A stretch of 64,000 bases of DNA, from the NCBI GenBank assembly GCA_951406725.2, contig OX597838.1, positions 44,640,001 to 44,704,000 of the forward strand, given 5' to 3'. A model generated the notes under the pieces. That model saw nothing but the letters and a program-made list of their open reading frames with translations. It was not told where the DNA came from and ran no database searches. Positions 29,050 through 41,793 of the stretch are shown here, piece after piece (the first letter of the stretch is position 1; each line of letters opens with the position of its first letter). Source of the stretch: Octopus vulgaris. Taxonomy: Eukaryota. Both the position numbers and the translations under genes were made by a program.

Positions 29050-29280
29050 TTTCTTTACTACCCACAAGAGTCTAAATACAGAGAGGACAAGCAAGGACAT
29101 ACAAACGGATTAAGTCGATTACATCGACCCCAGTACGTAACTGGTACTTAATTTATAGACCCTGAAAGGATGAAAGGCAAAGTCGACCTCGGTGGAATTT
29201 GAACTCAGAACTTAACGGCAGACGAAATACGGCTACGCATTTCGTCCGACGTGCTAACGTCTCTGCCAGCTCGCCGCCTT
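29050..29280 (-). mobile_element. Family A SINE with an extended tail
   Basis: Well-preserved copy; tail shared with 33812-34043. Confidence 0.85.
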
Positions 29281-29899
29281 ATATAAAAAAAAAATGGAAT
29301 ACCCTGGTCGATCCATCTCTTTCAGTCACTCTCACCATGTTTTTTTTTCTCTCTCTCTCTCTTGCTCTCTCTCTGTCACTCGCGAAGGCACGTTTCTTAG
29401 TAGATAGGGTGTTGCATTCACAGTCGTAAGGACGTGATTTCGATTCCCGGACCAAATGGTGTCTTATGTTATTGAGAGAAACACTTCATTTCATGTTGCT
29501 GCAATTCACTCGACTATAAAATGTGTTCAAGCAATAAGCTGAGAAATTTGCTCTGCGACGGACAGGCGTCCTGTTCAGTGCGAAATGAGTGTTTTAATCC
29601 TAGTCATAGAAAGTTTTTGCTTTCTGCTTTAAGAATCCTGTAGTCATGACAGACCTAAGTTTAAGTTTACTGCGAAAAAATGGGCGGGAGCGAACCTGCT
29701 TAACTATTACAAATAGTAAGTAACTGACGCATGGTTCAGAGTTCATCGAAAACATAGCAACGACAAAATACACCCTACCGACATCTTCGCGGTAAGAACA
29801 CATATCCGGCGTTAACAGTAAAAACAGCAATACCTTTATTACGACCCCCATTGTCACCACTTGTTTATGAAGGAAAATATGTTTTGTAATTTTTGTTTG

Positions 29900-30310
29900 T
29901 AAGGCCAGCAGTTTCGTGGAGATGGGCGAGTCATCTGCATCGACACCAGTATTTGATTGGTGCTGAGTTTATCGATACCGAAATTATGAAAGCAAATTCG
30001 ACCTCTGCAGAATTTGAACCCAGTACGTAGAGAACCGGAAGGAAACCGCTAAGCATTTTGTCCGGTGTGCTAAAGAGTCTACCAGCTCGTGGACTTAATA
30101 ATGTTTTGTAGTTCTGGGCACAAGAGCAGGAATTTTGAAGGGAGAGAAATTCAATTACATCGGCAGCAGACCTCAACTAGTAATCATTTTATCGACGCCG
30201 GAAGTCGACACCGGAAGTCGACCTCGGCGGCATTTGAACTGAGAACGTAAAGAGGCGGGAAAATGTCACTGATCATTTTGTCCAACACGCAAGTTATTCT
30301 AGTTCCTGGC
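29900..30310 (-). mobile_element. Two tandem family A SINEs
   Basis: GTCGACCTCGGC/TTCGACCTCTGC..ATTTGAAC motifs. Confidence 0.7.
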
Positions 30311-30388
30311 CACATTTTATGTGACGAAAAAACAAGGGAGGTGGCTACCAGACCAGCTAGTAGCAAGCAGCATCGATAACAACAACGT

Positions 30389-30570
30389 GAAGGCGCAATG
30401 GCCCAGTGGTTAGGGCAGCAGACACGCGGTCGTAAGAACGCGGTTTCGATTCCCAGACCGGGCATTGTGAGTGTTTATTGAGCAAAAACACCTAAGCTCC
30501 ACGGGGCTCCGGTGGGGGTGGGGTGAACCCCGCTGCACTCTTTTACCACTACTTTCTCTCTTACTTCCTA
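30389..30570 (+). mobile_element. Family C SINE
   Basis: Same tRNA head and body as 22807. Confidence 0.8.
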
Positions 30571-32120
30571 CTTCTGCCACAAAGTAGAGGAACCATGGTG
30601 TAACCCACTATGGTGTGGTAAACTTTCAGACCCTAGTCTAGATTGCGAATCCTCTGTACCCCAACATGGTTCAGTTCTCCACCCGTTAAAAACCCACCGT
30701 TTACGTAATGAGGATAACAACGTAGCTTTCTCGCCCGTGCAACCGCCGGTCTATCGCGTGTGGTGGATGGATCTTCAAGTTGCCACACGCATTCTTAGTA
30801 GCTTAGGGTAGGCTCCGATTAGAGATTATTCTTTGTGGCTAATGGCGTGAGTCCTGATTGGAAGAAGAAGAAGAAGAAGAAGAAGACGAAGACGAAGACG
30901 ACGACGACAACAACAACAATCCTCAAACATTAAGCATGCGATTACCAAAAGTATCAATTCACTACCATCAACAACAACATCAACAACAGGGCCACCACAT
31001 CCCCCGCTAACACCACTCATATCACCAGCATCACTACCAGCAACATAAGTATGGGAGCGTTTTTGCCAAATGCATAGAGCTAACAGTGGCGTATTCGTTT
31101 GAAAAAACAAAAGCGCAGGGAGTTCATATAAACACATAGAGACGGAAAAGCAGTGGTGATAACGACGATCCCTCTGGGAGCATGAATAAGAAAAGCAAGT
31201 GCTTTGAGAACATTAAACAAGGAACTAAACAACAAAATGTCGGCGAGATTTATGAAATTCCGTATGAATTTTCAGAAAAAGTAAAAAAGGTTTGAATGGA
31301 AGAATGCTAGTTTTATACCTGGTCGAAGAGAAAGCCATAAAAATAGCTGCAAAAACACGCTTCTCTCACGAGTATTTTCTTGCCAGTGTTCTCTAGAACT
31401 GAGAGGAAACAAAGCACCACTCACCAATTAGTGTTTTCCTGGTTATCACACCTCAAATTTATCAATTTAGTTCTTATTGCTGTTGTTATTGTTGTTGATG
31501 ATGATGATGATGATGATGACGATGAGGATGGTGATGATGAGGAGGATGGTGATGATGATGATGATGACGATGAGGATTTCTTTGTTGTTTCGTTCTGGCA
31601 TCGTTATCGTTGTTGTCGTTGTAGTTCCTAGGTCTCAGATCACCGCTGAACGTTTTTAAAAATGCAAAGCAAACTGGGGTGTGATTTAAAAATGATATAG
31701 CAACTATTACTAGCAGTTAGAAGTATACTAAGTTAGAAAAAGCAATAACTGAATCAAAATAAATAAATAAATAAATAAGCAGGAAAATTATCTGAAACGA
31801 AACAAATAATTGAAAATACAAAATTGCAAACGAAACGAAGCAAGTTAAGCAGTTTGTAAAGCCAATAGTAAGTAACATTGATCGTAACTGGATGATCACA
31901 GAGCTTGGTTAGATTTCTCTATCATTATATAAAAAGGGTTGTTGAAAAACGTAAATAGAATATTTTTAAAAAGTCGAGCCTAATATATATATATATATCT
32001 TGAAATGAGTCAGAAGGGGAGTATTGGAAGTGTGGCTTGAAAGTTTCAGTAATTTATTGCGAGATTGCAGAAAGACTATCTCAGTAAAGAATACAAAAGA
32101 TTTAAAGAAAGAAACATGTA

Positions 32121-32522
32121 GGCGCAGGAGTGGCTGTGTCGTAAGTAGCTTGTTTACCAACCACATGGTTCCGGGTTCAGTACCACTGCGTGGCACCTTG
32201 GGCGAGTGTCTTCTACTATAGCCTCGGGCTGACCAAAGCCTTGTGAGTGGATTTGGTAGACGGAAACTGAAACAAGCCCGTCGTGTATATGTATATATAT
32301 GCGTGTGTGTGTTTGTGTGTCTGTGTTTGTCCCCCTAGCATTGCTTGACAACCGATGCTGGTGTGTTTATGTCCCCGTAACATAGCGGTTCGGCAAAAGA
32401 GACCGATAGAATACGTACTGGGCTTACAAAAGAATAAGTGCCGGGGTCGAGTTGCTCGATTAAAGGCGGTGATCCAGCATGGCCGCAGTCAAATGACTGA
32501 AACAAGTAAAATAGTAAAGAGT
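32121..32522 (+). mobile_element. Full-length family B SINE (tRNA head, internal microsatellite, LINE-like tail)
   Basis: GGCGCAGGAGTGGCTGTG..GGTTCAGT..; tail GGCGGTGATCCAGCATGGCCGCAGTCAAATGACTGAAACAAGTAAAA. Confidence 0.9.
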
Positions 32523-32679
32523 ATATAATGATGGCGATACTATGGCTTGTTAGTCGGTATTCAGATGATAAGTAGACATAGTGAGATAGTGATTTCTGCG
32601 GCTAGAAAACTATTACGAAGCATCCACTGCAAGACGGACAGAAATACCTAATGAAATGAAAACGAATCTGTTATGTTTT

Positions 32680-33030
32680 ATCTTTGAATTGTTTCAGTCA
32701 TCAGACTACGGCCATGCTGGGGCTCTGCCTCGAAGAATTTTTTGTCATATGAATCGACCCCAATACTTGCGTATTTTTTTTCTTTTGCTAAACCAAGTAC
32801 TTATTCTCTCGGTCTCTCTTGCCGGCTGCTAAGGCAGAGGGATGTAAACATACCAGTACCGGTCGTGAAGAGGTAATGGGAGACAAAAACATACATATAT
32901 ATTTATGTATGTTTCTCCCAGTTTCCATCTACCAAATCCACTCACAAGGCTTTGGTCGGCTCGAGGCCATAATAAAAGATATTGGCCCTAGGTGCCACGC
33001 AGTGGGACTGCAGAATCATGCAGTTAGGAA
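32680..33030 (-). mobile_element. Diverged family B SINE
   Basis: GGCCATGCTGGGG tail; CCAAATCCACTCACAAGGCTTTGGTCGG body. Confidence 0.75.
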
Positions 33031-33354
33031 GCCACGTCAGTAAAATAAATTTTCTATAGAAATTTAAAAACAAAGGAAACATGTAAAGAGATGAAAAAGC
33101 AAAAGGAAGAAAAGAAAGAAAAAGGGTGGGGTAAAGCAGCAGAAGCTAGAGGGGGAGGTGGCGATGAGCCACATGGCCCAGAGCCAACGGCGTGCTCAGC
33201 CGCACCTCATGGTTATCATCGCGATGGCGGCATTGCCGTGGAAAATGCTGAAAGAGACTCGCTGCAGCAGCCTTTCCGCCTCACGGTTGGAACTCGACAG
33301 AACATGTGCATTTGGTAAATTATGATCTGAGGTTTAGCAATGACAACGACGACA

Positions 33355-35331
33355 ACAAGGCCTGCAATGTTAGGGGAGCAAGGGGTTAGTCGATTGCATC
33401 GACCACAATAATTGATTGGTACTTTTTTAAATCGAACGCCGCAAGGGTAAAAGTAAACTCGATCTCAGAGGAATTCGAGCTCAGAACATAAAGAGCCGGA
33501 AGAAATGCTTCTAAACACTTTTGTTCGACGCGCCAATGATTCTGTCAGCTCACCGCATTACAATAGTAAGATAACGGTTTCAAATTTTGATCAAGAGGCA
33601 GAGTAGGTCGATTACACCAACATAAGTGCTCAACTACATTTATTCTTTTCTACTCTAGGCACAAGGCCCGAAATTTTTTGGGGAGGGGACCAGTTGATTA
33701 GATCGATCCCAGTGCACAACTACTACTTAATTTATCGACCCCGAAAGGATGACAAGCAAAGTCGATCTGGGCGGAATTTGAAGTCAGAACATAAAGACAG
33801 GCGAAATATCAATTTCTTTACTACCCTCAGGGGGCTAAACACAGAGAGGACAAACAAGGACAGACAAACGGATTAAGTCGATTATATCGACCCCAGTGCG
33901 TAACTGGTACATATTCAATCGACCCCGAAATAGTGAAAGGCAAAGTCTACCTCGGCGGAATTTGAACTCAGAACGTAAGGGCAGACGAAATACCGCTAAG
34001 CATTTCGCCCGGCGTGCTATCGTTTCTGCCAGCTCGCCGCCTTCAACTAATATTTATTTTATGAACTAAGGAGGCGAGCTGGCAGAATCTGTAGCAGAGC
34101 GGGCAAAGCGCTTAGCCGCATTACGTTCATCTTCACGTTCTTTGTTCAAATACCGCCAGCGGCGACTTTGCTTTTAATCCTTTCGGGGTCGATAAAATAA
34201 GTACCAGTTTAATACTAGGATCGAAGCAATCGACTTAACCCCTCCTTGAAAGGGGTGGCCTTTTGCCAATATTTGAAATAAATCTTTATTTTATCAGCTC
34301 CTAAAAAGACGGACACAAAGTTGACCTTAGCTTACCAAATTTTACACATGGTGTCAATACAATTTCATTCAAAATTTCGATCCCCTTAAGGTTTGGATAG
34401 AGGACAATTGGCTTCATGATTCCAAAGACAACCACTCAGCCATCTCTTCACGCTGGGTGTGTAGGACCGAAGCAACCATGGATTACCGTTTCTGTCCCAT
34501 GCTCAGCACGTCTGGCAACTGACTTTCACCATAACTCCGAGTCGATTCATTCTATGTTAGTAAAATTGCAATAAAGGGCAATAAGTAGCACATACATACA
34601 TACATGCACATATAAACATTTATATGTATGCGCACATGTGTGTGTGTGTGTGTGTTTGTACTGTATTCGTTTCCCGCTGCTGTTTGGCAACCGTTGTTGG
34701 TTTGTTAGCTTACTTCTAACGTAGCGGTTTGGCAAAAGTGACATACAGAATAAGTACCAGACTTACAGTCGACTAAACCCTTCAAGGCAGTGCTACGGGA
34801 GAGCTGCAGTCCAAAGACTGAAATACTTTAAAGATACTCATAAACACACGTGTTTGCACACGTATACGCAAAAATCGTATCCTTTTCTGACAATGCGCTA
34901 AAGGTACAATAAGAGTAATAATAAAGGTTTCAAATTTTGGCTCACCAGCATTTTCCGGGGAGTAGTTAAATCAATACAACGACCCCAGCGTGCTGCTGGT
35001 ACTTATTTTATCGCCCCCTAAATGATAAAAAGCAAAGTCAGCCTCGCTGGAATGTGAACTCAAAACAAAGACTGACTAAACATTTTGCCCTGTGTGTCAA
35101 CGATTCTAGTGGCTCGCTGCCTTAATAATAATGATTTCCAATTTTTGCACAAGGGCACAATTTCGGGAGAGGAGTTGAGTCGTCTAACATTGACCCCAGA
35201 GGTCGATTGGTACTTATTTCATCGACCCCACCAAAAGATAAAAAGCAAATTGGGCCTAGGCACAATTTGAAATCCAGAATGCCGCTAAACATATACCCCA
35301 GCGTGCGAAACATTTTGCTAACTCGCTACCT
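33355..35331. mobile_element. Cluster of family A SINEs in both orientations plus a family B fragment (34650-34830)
   Basis: At least six recognisable copies, including the head-to-head pair 33812-34043 (-) and 34068-34280 (+). Confidence 0.8.
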
Positions 35332-35338
35332 GAATGAA

Positions 35339-35409
<71 letters not shown>

Positions 35410-36711
35410 TTTCTTTACGCTTTTATTTATTTGCGATTTCGAAGCGATCGCCATAACTACACGGCCAATTTTCAGACTCAGGAGTTTACGTAGTAATTAC
35501 AGTTTCTTTGCACGCTACATTAAAGTTACCGACACATAATTCCCCCTTTTATTAGCCCTATTATTTCTTCAGAAATTGTTATACAAAGAAAATGACATAG
35601 AGTCATGATATTCTTCCAGGGAATTGAGTCTTTTTGAGCTGGTCCGATTCCGATTCCGATTTAAAATCCTTTTCTTTCACGACTGTGTCGTTATCTCACT
35701 CGTCGAAACTTTAAAATATTTGAATAAATACTGAAAAATAAGTCTTTTTTTTTAAACTACTTGAAAATGCGTATTAACTAAAGCTGTCTGGCATTTATTA
35801 TGATTCGTATCTTGTAACGAAAACATTGGAAATGAATAGTTACCAATGTCAGACACAAAGAAAGAAATGAACGCTTAGGAGAGCTTCTGTTCATTACTTG
35901 AAATGTCAGCCAAGATTCCCTAACATGAAATCATACAGTGTTAAGTTTGCATTCTAAAATATAGCGCAAGGACATAAGTTTTAGTACTTGACTGATACTT
36001 ATTTTATCGACGTCGAAGGGATGAAGGGTAGACGAGACTACGGTGCGATTTGAACTCAGAACACGAAGATTGTAAAGAAATGCCACTAAACATTTTGTCC
36101 TGCACGCTTATCATTCTGTTAATACGCTGCCAAAGGTAGAGCAAAAGGGACACAAAGCCGACGGTTCAATTGGACGCCATTTAATCCTTGTACTGCATGG
36201 TTTGGTGAATACCCAACAACGACGAAACACACAACAAGGGTAACGTGTGAGAAGCAAAAGTACACGATTTTTTATGAATTAAGAAGGAGAATGTAAAGCA
36301 AAATCCTGTAAACAATATGCTGTTGCAAAGAAACCTCTGGGGATCGAATATCGTATCAGAAGGCGCCTTCTGTGTGGGCTGGGCCCAATAATCTCACCGT
36401 CGTTATCTGTAGAAGAGATGGATGCCGGCGGGAGCACTAGTTTGCTGTTGTTGTTGTGGTTGTTTAGATGCAGGTTACTTCTCAGTATGGAGACTCACAA
36501 CCAAATGGTCACAGACCAGCCGAAAACATTCAGTCTCTAAGAAGAGAAATAATTCATCTGAATCATGTAATCGTGAGTATTTTAAAACGGCGCAAGGTTA
36601 CGGTGTTATGATTCGAAATATATGGCTAAAAATAACCCACTAAATGCATACTCATACACACACACATACACACACACAAACATACACATACACATATAGT
36701 AAATCCAAAAA

Positions 36712-37278
36712 CGAAGAACAAACACAAGAAAAACACAACAACGCAAGCACGTGGTACATGTAAAGTATTAGCAGACGCTCAGGGAAGGAAAGAAAGATGG
36801 TTTAACGTTTCGAGCAAAGCTCTTCGTCAGAAACAAGAGACGGAGGAAAGTCCAAGAGAAAAGGAAGACAGAAGAAAAAAATAGTCAACGATCCACATGT
36901 AGTCACTTTAAAGTATAACCTCATGTGGATCGTTGACTATTTTTTTCTCCGTCTTCCTTTTCTCTTGGACTTTCCTCCGTCTCCTGTTTCTGACGAAGAG
37001 CTTTGCTCGAAGCGTAAAACTAAGTTTCTTTCCTTCCCTGAGCGTCTGCTAATACGCTGCATGTACCACGTCCTCACGTTGTTGTTTTTTCTTGTTGTGT
37101 TCGTTCTTCGATTTCTTCTTTTTGGGGGGTGGGGTGGGGATTCACTATTTATCGCACGCTTACAAGGACCACCGCCCTTCCGACTGACTTTGGAGTACCT
37201 AATTCGCGGAATTCTTTCTACCCTCAGATTACATTACCTTGTTCATTCGGAATACACCATTTCTGCAGCTTGGTTGTC
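36712..37278 (+). mobile_element. Fold-back PLE pLTR-like element with an HHR in each arm
   Basis: Inverted arms ~36712-36899 and 36922-37110, 22-bp spacer; right arm continues to (TA)n. Confidence 0.8.
36801..36833 (-). ncRNA. Minimal type-I hammerhead (mirror copy 36987-37019 has A15.1G)
   Basis: TTT-CTGACGAA-GAGC ttt GCTC-GAAACGTT-AAA; palindromic AACGTT. Confidence 0.75.
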
Positions 37279-37306
<28 letters not shown>

Positions 37307-37309
<3 letters not shown>

Positions 37310-37523
37310 TCAAAATGTGATCGCGTGTGTAGCGTTGGCGATTTTTTTCCCTCTGTCTTCCCTTCTCTGGATCTTTCCTTTTCCTATGTTTCTGACGAAG
37401 AGCTCCGCTCGAAACGTAATATCTCTCCTTCTTCCCTTCCTTCATGAGCGTCCAATAATACTATATTTGTTCCACGTCCTTGCGTTGTTGTGTTTTCTCT
37501 TGGTGTTTTCATGTTTGGATAAG

Positions 37524-37528
<5 letters not shown>
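37307..37528 (+). mobile_element. Related pLTR-like element with HHR (37389-37421), flanked by (TA)n; a 3' fragment also lies at ~55418-55512 (-)
   Basis: TTT-CTGACGAA-GAGC tcc GCTC-GAAACGTA; TGAGCGTCCAATAATACTATATTTGTT shared with the 55.4-kb fragment. Confidence 0.75.
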
Positions 37529-37581
<53 letters not shown>

Positions 37582-37937
37582 GTATGTATATATTTATATG
37601 GGTATGCATTTATATACACAAATGTGTGTCTGTGTCTGTGTGTGTGGAGAAATGTGTTATTTTCAGCCATATATTCCTAGTCATTACACCCGTAAACTTT
37701 CCCCCTTTTAAAATCCTCATGATTACATTATTTAAATGAATTACTTTGTTTCTTTTAGACTGAATGGTCATGGCTGGACTGCATTTGGTAGTGAGTATCC
37801 ATGCTGAGAAGTTGCCTGGGAATAAACAACTACACAAATATATTATAAACATACACACACAGATAGATATATTAGACAGGCAGACAGATAGACAGACAGA
37901 CATACAGATAGACATACAAACATACATACATACATAC

Positions 37938-38045
<108 letters not shown>

Positions 38046-38108
38046 GTGCGATCTGAATTTTCACCGAGGTCAATATTGCATTTCACATAGCCCAGTTTTT
38101 AGACTGGC

Positions 38109-38154
<46 letters not shown>

Positions 38155-38669
38155 TCCCTCGCTCTCCCTCTTTTTCTCTCGTTCAAACTCGCTTTCGCTA
38201 CATTGATAACTGCAGCAATTACAACACTGCACCAAGTATGCTTTATATTCTAATGTAAAAAATGATTTTCCTGGATATAAATGTAAAAGCGAAATTCAAC
38301 TTTATAATTTATCATCTTTGCCATTTGTCACAGGTCTTCGAGATTTAGATGGATTGCAATTAATTGACTTATTCGAAAGTGATTGATCACCTCTTACTTG
38401 GCAAACGTTAATAATTCCAATCTCAGACAGCAATGCCATTATCAACTAAATAATCTCGTCAGTAAAGAACAATGACTTTTTTTTTGGCGTAAACACAGTC
38501 ACACAGGTGCAGCACGGGAAGGTGTACACGCAAACACAAACACACTCATACGCACATAAATACTTACATATTGTGTGTGTGTCTGTGTATATATATACAA
38601 ATATTTACATATGCATTTATAGTAGTATGTCTGCGTGTCTTTATATGTGTGTATGCACCAAATATATAT

Positions 38670-39089
38670 TACTCTTTTACTCTTTTACTTGTTTCAGTCA
38701 TTTGACTGTCGCCATGCTGGAGCACCACCTTTTAGTCGAGCAAATGGACCCCAGCACTTATTCTTTATAAGCCTAATACTTATTCTATCGGTCTCTTTTG
38801 CCGAACCGCTAAGTTACGGAGACGTAAACACACCAGCATCGGTTGTGAAGCGATGTAGGGAGGACAAACACAGACACACAAACACACACACATACATATA
38901 TACATATATACATATATACATATATACGACGGGCTTCTTTCAGTTTCCGTCTACCAAATCCACTCACAAGGCTTTGGTCGGCCCGAGGCTAGAGTAAAAG
39001 ACACTTACCCAAGGTGCCACGCAGTGGGACTGAACCCCGAACCATGTGGTTGGTAAGCAAGCTACTTACCACACAGCCCCTCCTACGCC
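38670..39089 (-). mobile_element. Full-length family B SINE
   Basis: Reverse complement of the 32121 copy. Confidence 0.9.
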
Positions 39090-39106
39090 TATATATATAT
39101 ATATAT

Positions 39107-40273
39107 TTCTAAATAAGGGGAGGTAGTGGGTGATTTCTTCTGGTGTAAGGGAGATAATCGCTTAAAAATTTTTTTCCTTTCCCTTAATGTGAATTTCTCT
39201 GTATCAGTATTTCGGATGGTTGAGTCTGGGCTTGTACTTTTCAATGAAGAATGTTTCCTTGTTTAGTCTAATTTGTGTTGATGATCCGAAAGCACATTGG
39301 TAAAATGGAAAGATTCAAAATTGTGGTAGTAGTTGCTTTGCGCATTTCTCAATGTGCTCACTAAAAGGTATCATTCTATATTCTGGGAATGCAATCTGTT
39401 GTCGATGCAGTGTGCATCTACATCTGAGTGATAGTCCCGTGGAACCCACGTAGTCTTGGTGGCAGCCCGAGCATTTTATGACATAAATTATGTTTTCAGA
39501 GGCACAAGTAAAGTTAGATTTGATCTTGAATTTCTGTCCCTCTTTAAAGAGGAATTCTGATCCTGCTAGCATGTTAGGACATGTTGCACAGTTCGATCTA
39601 CCACATTTTTTACTTTTGCATCCGTAATTTCAGAAGACAATTTTGCCTTTGTGAGAATCTTTTTAAGTGATTTAGGCTGTTTGTAGCTTTTAATGATTTG
39701 GTGTATGTTTAGAATTTCCACGGGACTATCACTCAGACGTAGATGCACTCTGCATCGACAACAGATTGCATTCCCAGAATATAGAATGACACCTTTTAGT
39801 GAGCACATTGAAAAATGCGCAAAGCAACTACTACCACAATTTTTAATTTTCCATTTTACCAATGTGCTTTCGGATCATCAACACAAATTAGACTAAACAA
39901 GGAAACATTCTTCATTGAAAAGTACAAGCCCAGACTCAACCATCCGAACATACTGATACAGAGAAATTCACATTAAGGGAAAGGAAAAAATTTTTAAGCG
40001 ATTATCTCCCTTACACCGGAAGAAATCACCCACTACCTCCCCTTATTTAGAACTCTCCGGAACATAAACACAACGATAACTCTATTCAACATAAACATAA
40101 CGTCACAAGAAATTTCAAAAGCTACACGCGAAACCGGTCTTTCTTTAAAAATTATGTCATTATAAGAGAAAAAAATTTTTTTTTAATTTTCTAATATTCT
40201 TCAGACATATTGACGCAAATATATATATTTTTTAACATTTAAGCCTTCTGTCGCTTTTTCACTCTTTACTATT

Positions 40274-40277
<4 letters not shown>
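39107..40277. mobile_element. Penelope-like retroelement 3' fragment with inverted duplication
   Basis: Inverted arms 39107-39444 and 39716-40052; GIY-YIG coding sequence; (TA)n on both sides. Confidence 0.88.
39230..39715 (-). pseudogene. PLE GIY-YIG endonuclease C-terminus with Cys linker
   Basis: Y(K)QPKSLKKIL, (frameshift) KCGRSNCATC, F.C.SENIIYVIKC..C...YVG.T..LR.R...H. Confidence 0.88.
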
Positions 40278-40317
<40 letters not shown>

Positions 40318-40419
40318 TGTCGTGTCTGGGGAGTCATTTTCTTTTTGTGCCTTATAATGTAACTCACTCACCGGCAAAATTTCCACTTTTTATTTTTTTT
40401 TCTTTTTCTTTTTATTTTC

Positions 40420-40456
40420 CTAAACTTTTCGTTGCGTCTTGCAACCTTTTCAATAG
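40420..40456 (-). ncRNA. Minimal hammerhead with U3:A8 core, inside element ~40317-40465 that ends at (TA)n
   Basis: CTA-TTGAAAAG-GTTGC aagac GCAAC-GAAAAGTT-TAG, followed by AATAAA. Confidence 0.6.
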
Positions 40457-40599
40457 TCTTGACTCTGTCCGTTATTTACACTACGTTCCTTTTTGTTTGT
40501 TTCTGCGCATGTGTGTGGGTCAGTATGTGTGTGTGTGTGAATGTGTGTGTGCCTATGCATGCATGTACGTATGTGTGTGTAAGTATGTATGTGTGTATA

Positions 40600-40655
<56 letters not shown>

Positions 40656-40918
40656 CGTGTGTGCATCTGTATGTATGTATCCTGCATATTCATGTGCTTG
40701 CATGTCCGTGTTTGCGTATTTTCTATGTATGTGTGTGTGAGCGTGTGTTTGTATATGTATGCACCTCTGCCTCCTTGTTTGTGCATGTCTGTTCTTGTAA
40801 CCTATGTACCTATCCGTCTGTATGTTGATCTGTTTATTTTCATATCCATATATATATGTGTGTGTGTGTGTGTGTGTTTGCATACACACATACTCACATC
40901 CACACACACATAAACGAA

Positions 40919-40985
<67 letters not shown>

Positions 40986-40988
40986 AGT

Positions 40989-41288
40989 GGAGGCACAATG
41001 GCCCAGTGGTTAGGGCAGCGGTCGTAGGATCGCTGTTTCAATTCCCAGACTGGGCGTTGTGAGTGTTTATTGAGCGAAAACACCTAAAGCTCCACCAGGC
41101 TCCGGCAGGGGGTGGTGGCGATCCCTGCTGTACTCTTTCGCCCCAACTTTCTCTCACTCTTTCTTCTGTTGGCCTGGTTGCTTAGCCAGCGGCGTGGCGT
41201 CATTTGAAGGCTAAAATAATGCGAAGCGCACTGTGACCAGCGATGTGTAGCAACATCTGATAGCCTGGTCGGTCACGTTATCACGTGA
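40989..41288 (+). mobile_element. Family C SINE
   Basis: Same head as 22807 and 30389, different tail ending in (TA)n. Confidence 0.85.
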
Positions 41289-41348
41289 TATATATATATA
41301 TATATATATGTATATATGTTTTTACATATGTGTTTGTGCGTGTATATT

Positions 41349-41399
<51 letters not shown>

Positions 41400-41401
<2 letters not shown>

Positions 41402-41762
41402 AAGAAAACAAAATATGGAACAAGAAAGTAACAAGCGACAACAAAACATCAAGACAGACGATACAAAAAAAGAAAAGGAATAAACAGTAACGTGTCATTC
41501 GGAGCTTCCTATCCTCGGTCGAGTTCCCGGTCGTCTTTGCAGTTTCGTTCGGTTACACGCGATACTGCTCCAATCTGGCCGACCCCAAGAACATATATCT
41601 AAGCTAAGAGCACTAGACTCCTTGGAAGAAAGCAAGTAAATACATATGAAAACAAGAACGAAAAAAGGAGAAATGTTACACAATTACAAATACAAAAACA
41701 GGACATTAACAACAGGTATCTTTCGACTAAAGACGAATTAAATTAAGCTGGCGTGTTTGGAA

Positions 41763-41763
<1 letters not shown>
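41400..41763 (-). mobile_element. (TA)n-flanked T-rich element, possibly a PLE pLTR
   Basis: Same setting and strand skew as the HHR elements; no clean HHR core found. Confidence 0.35.
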
Positions 41764-41793
<30 letters not shown>

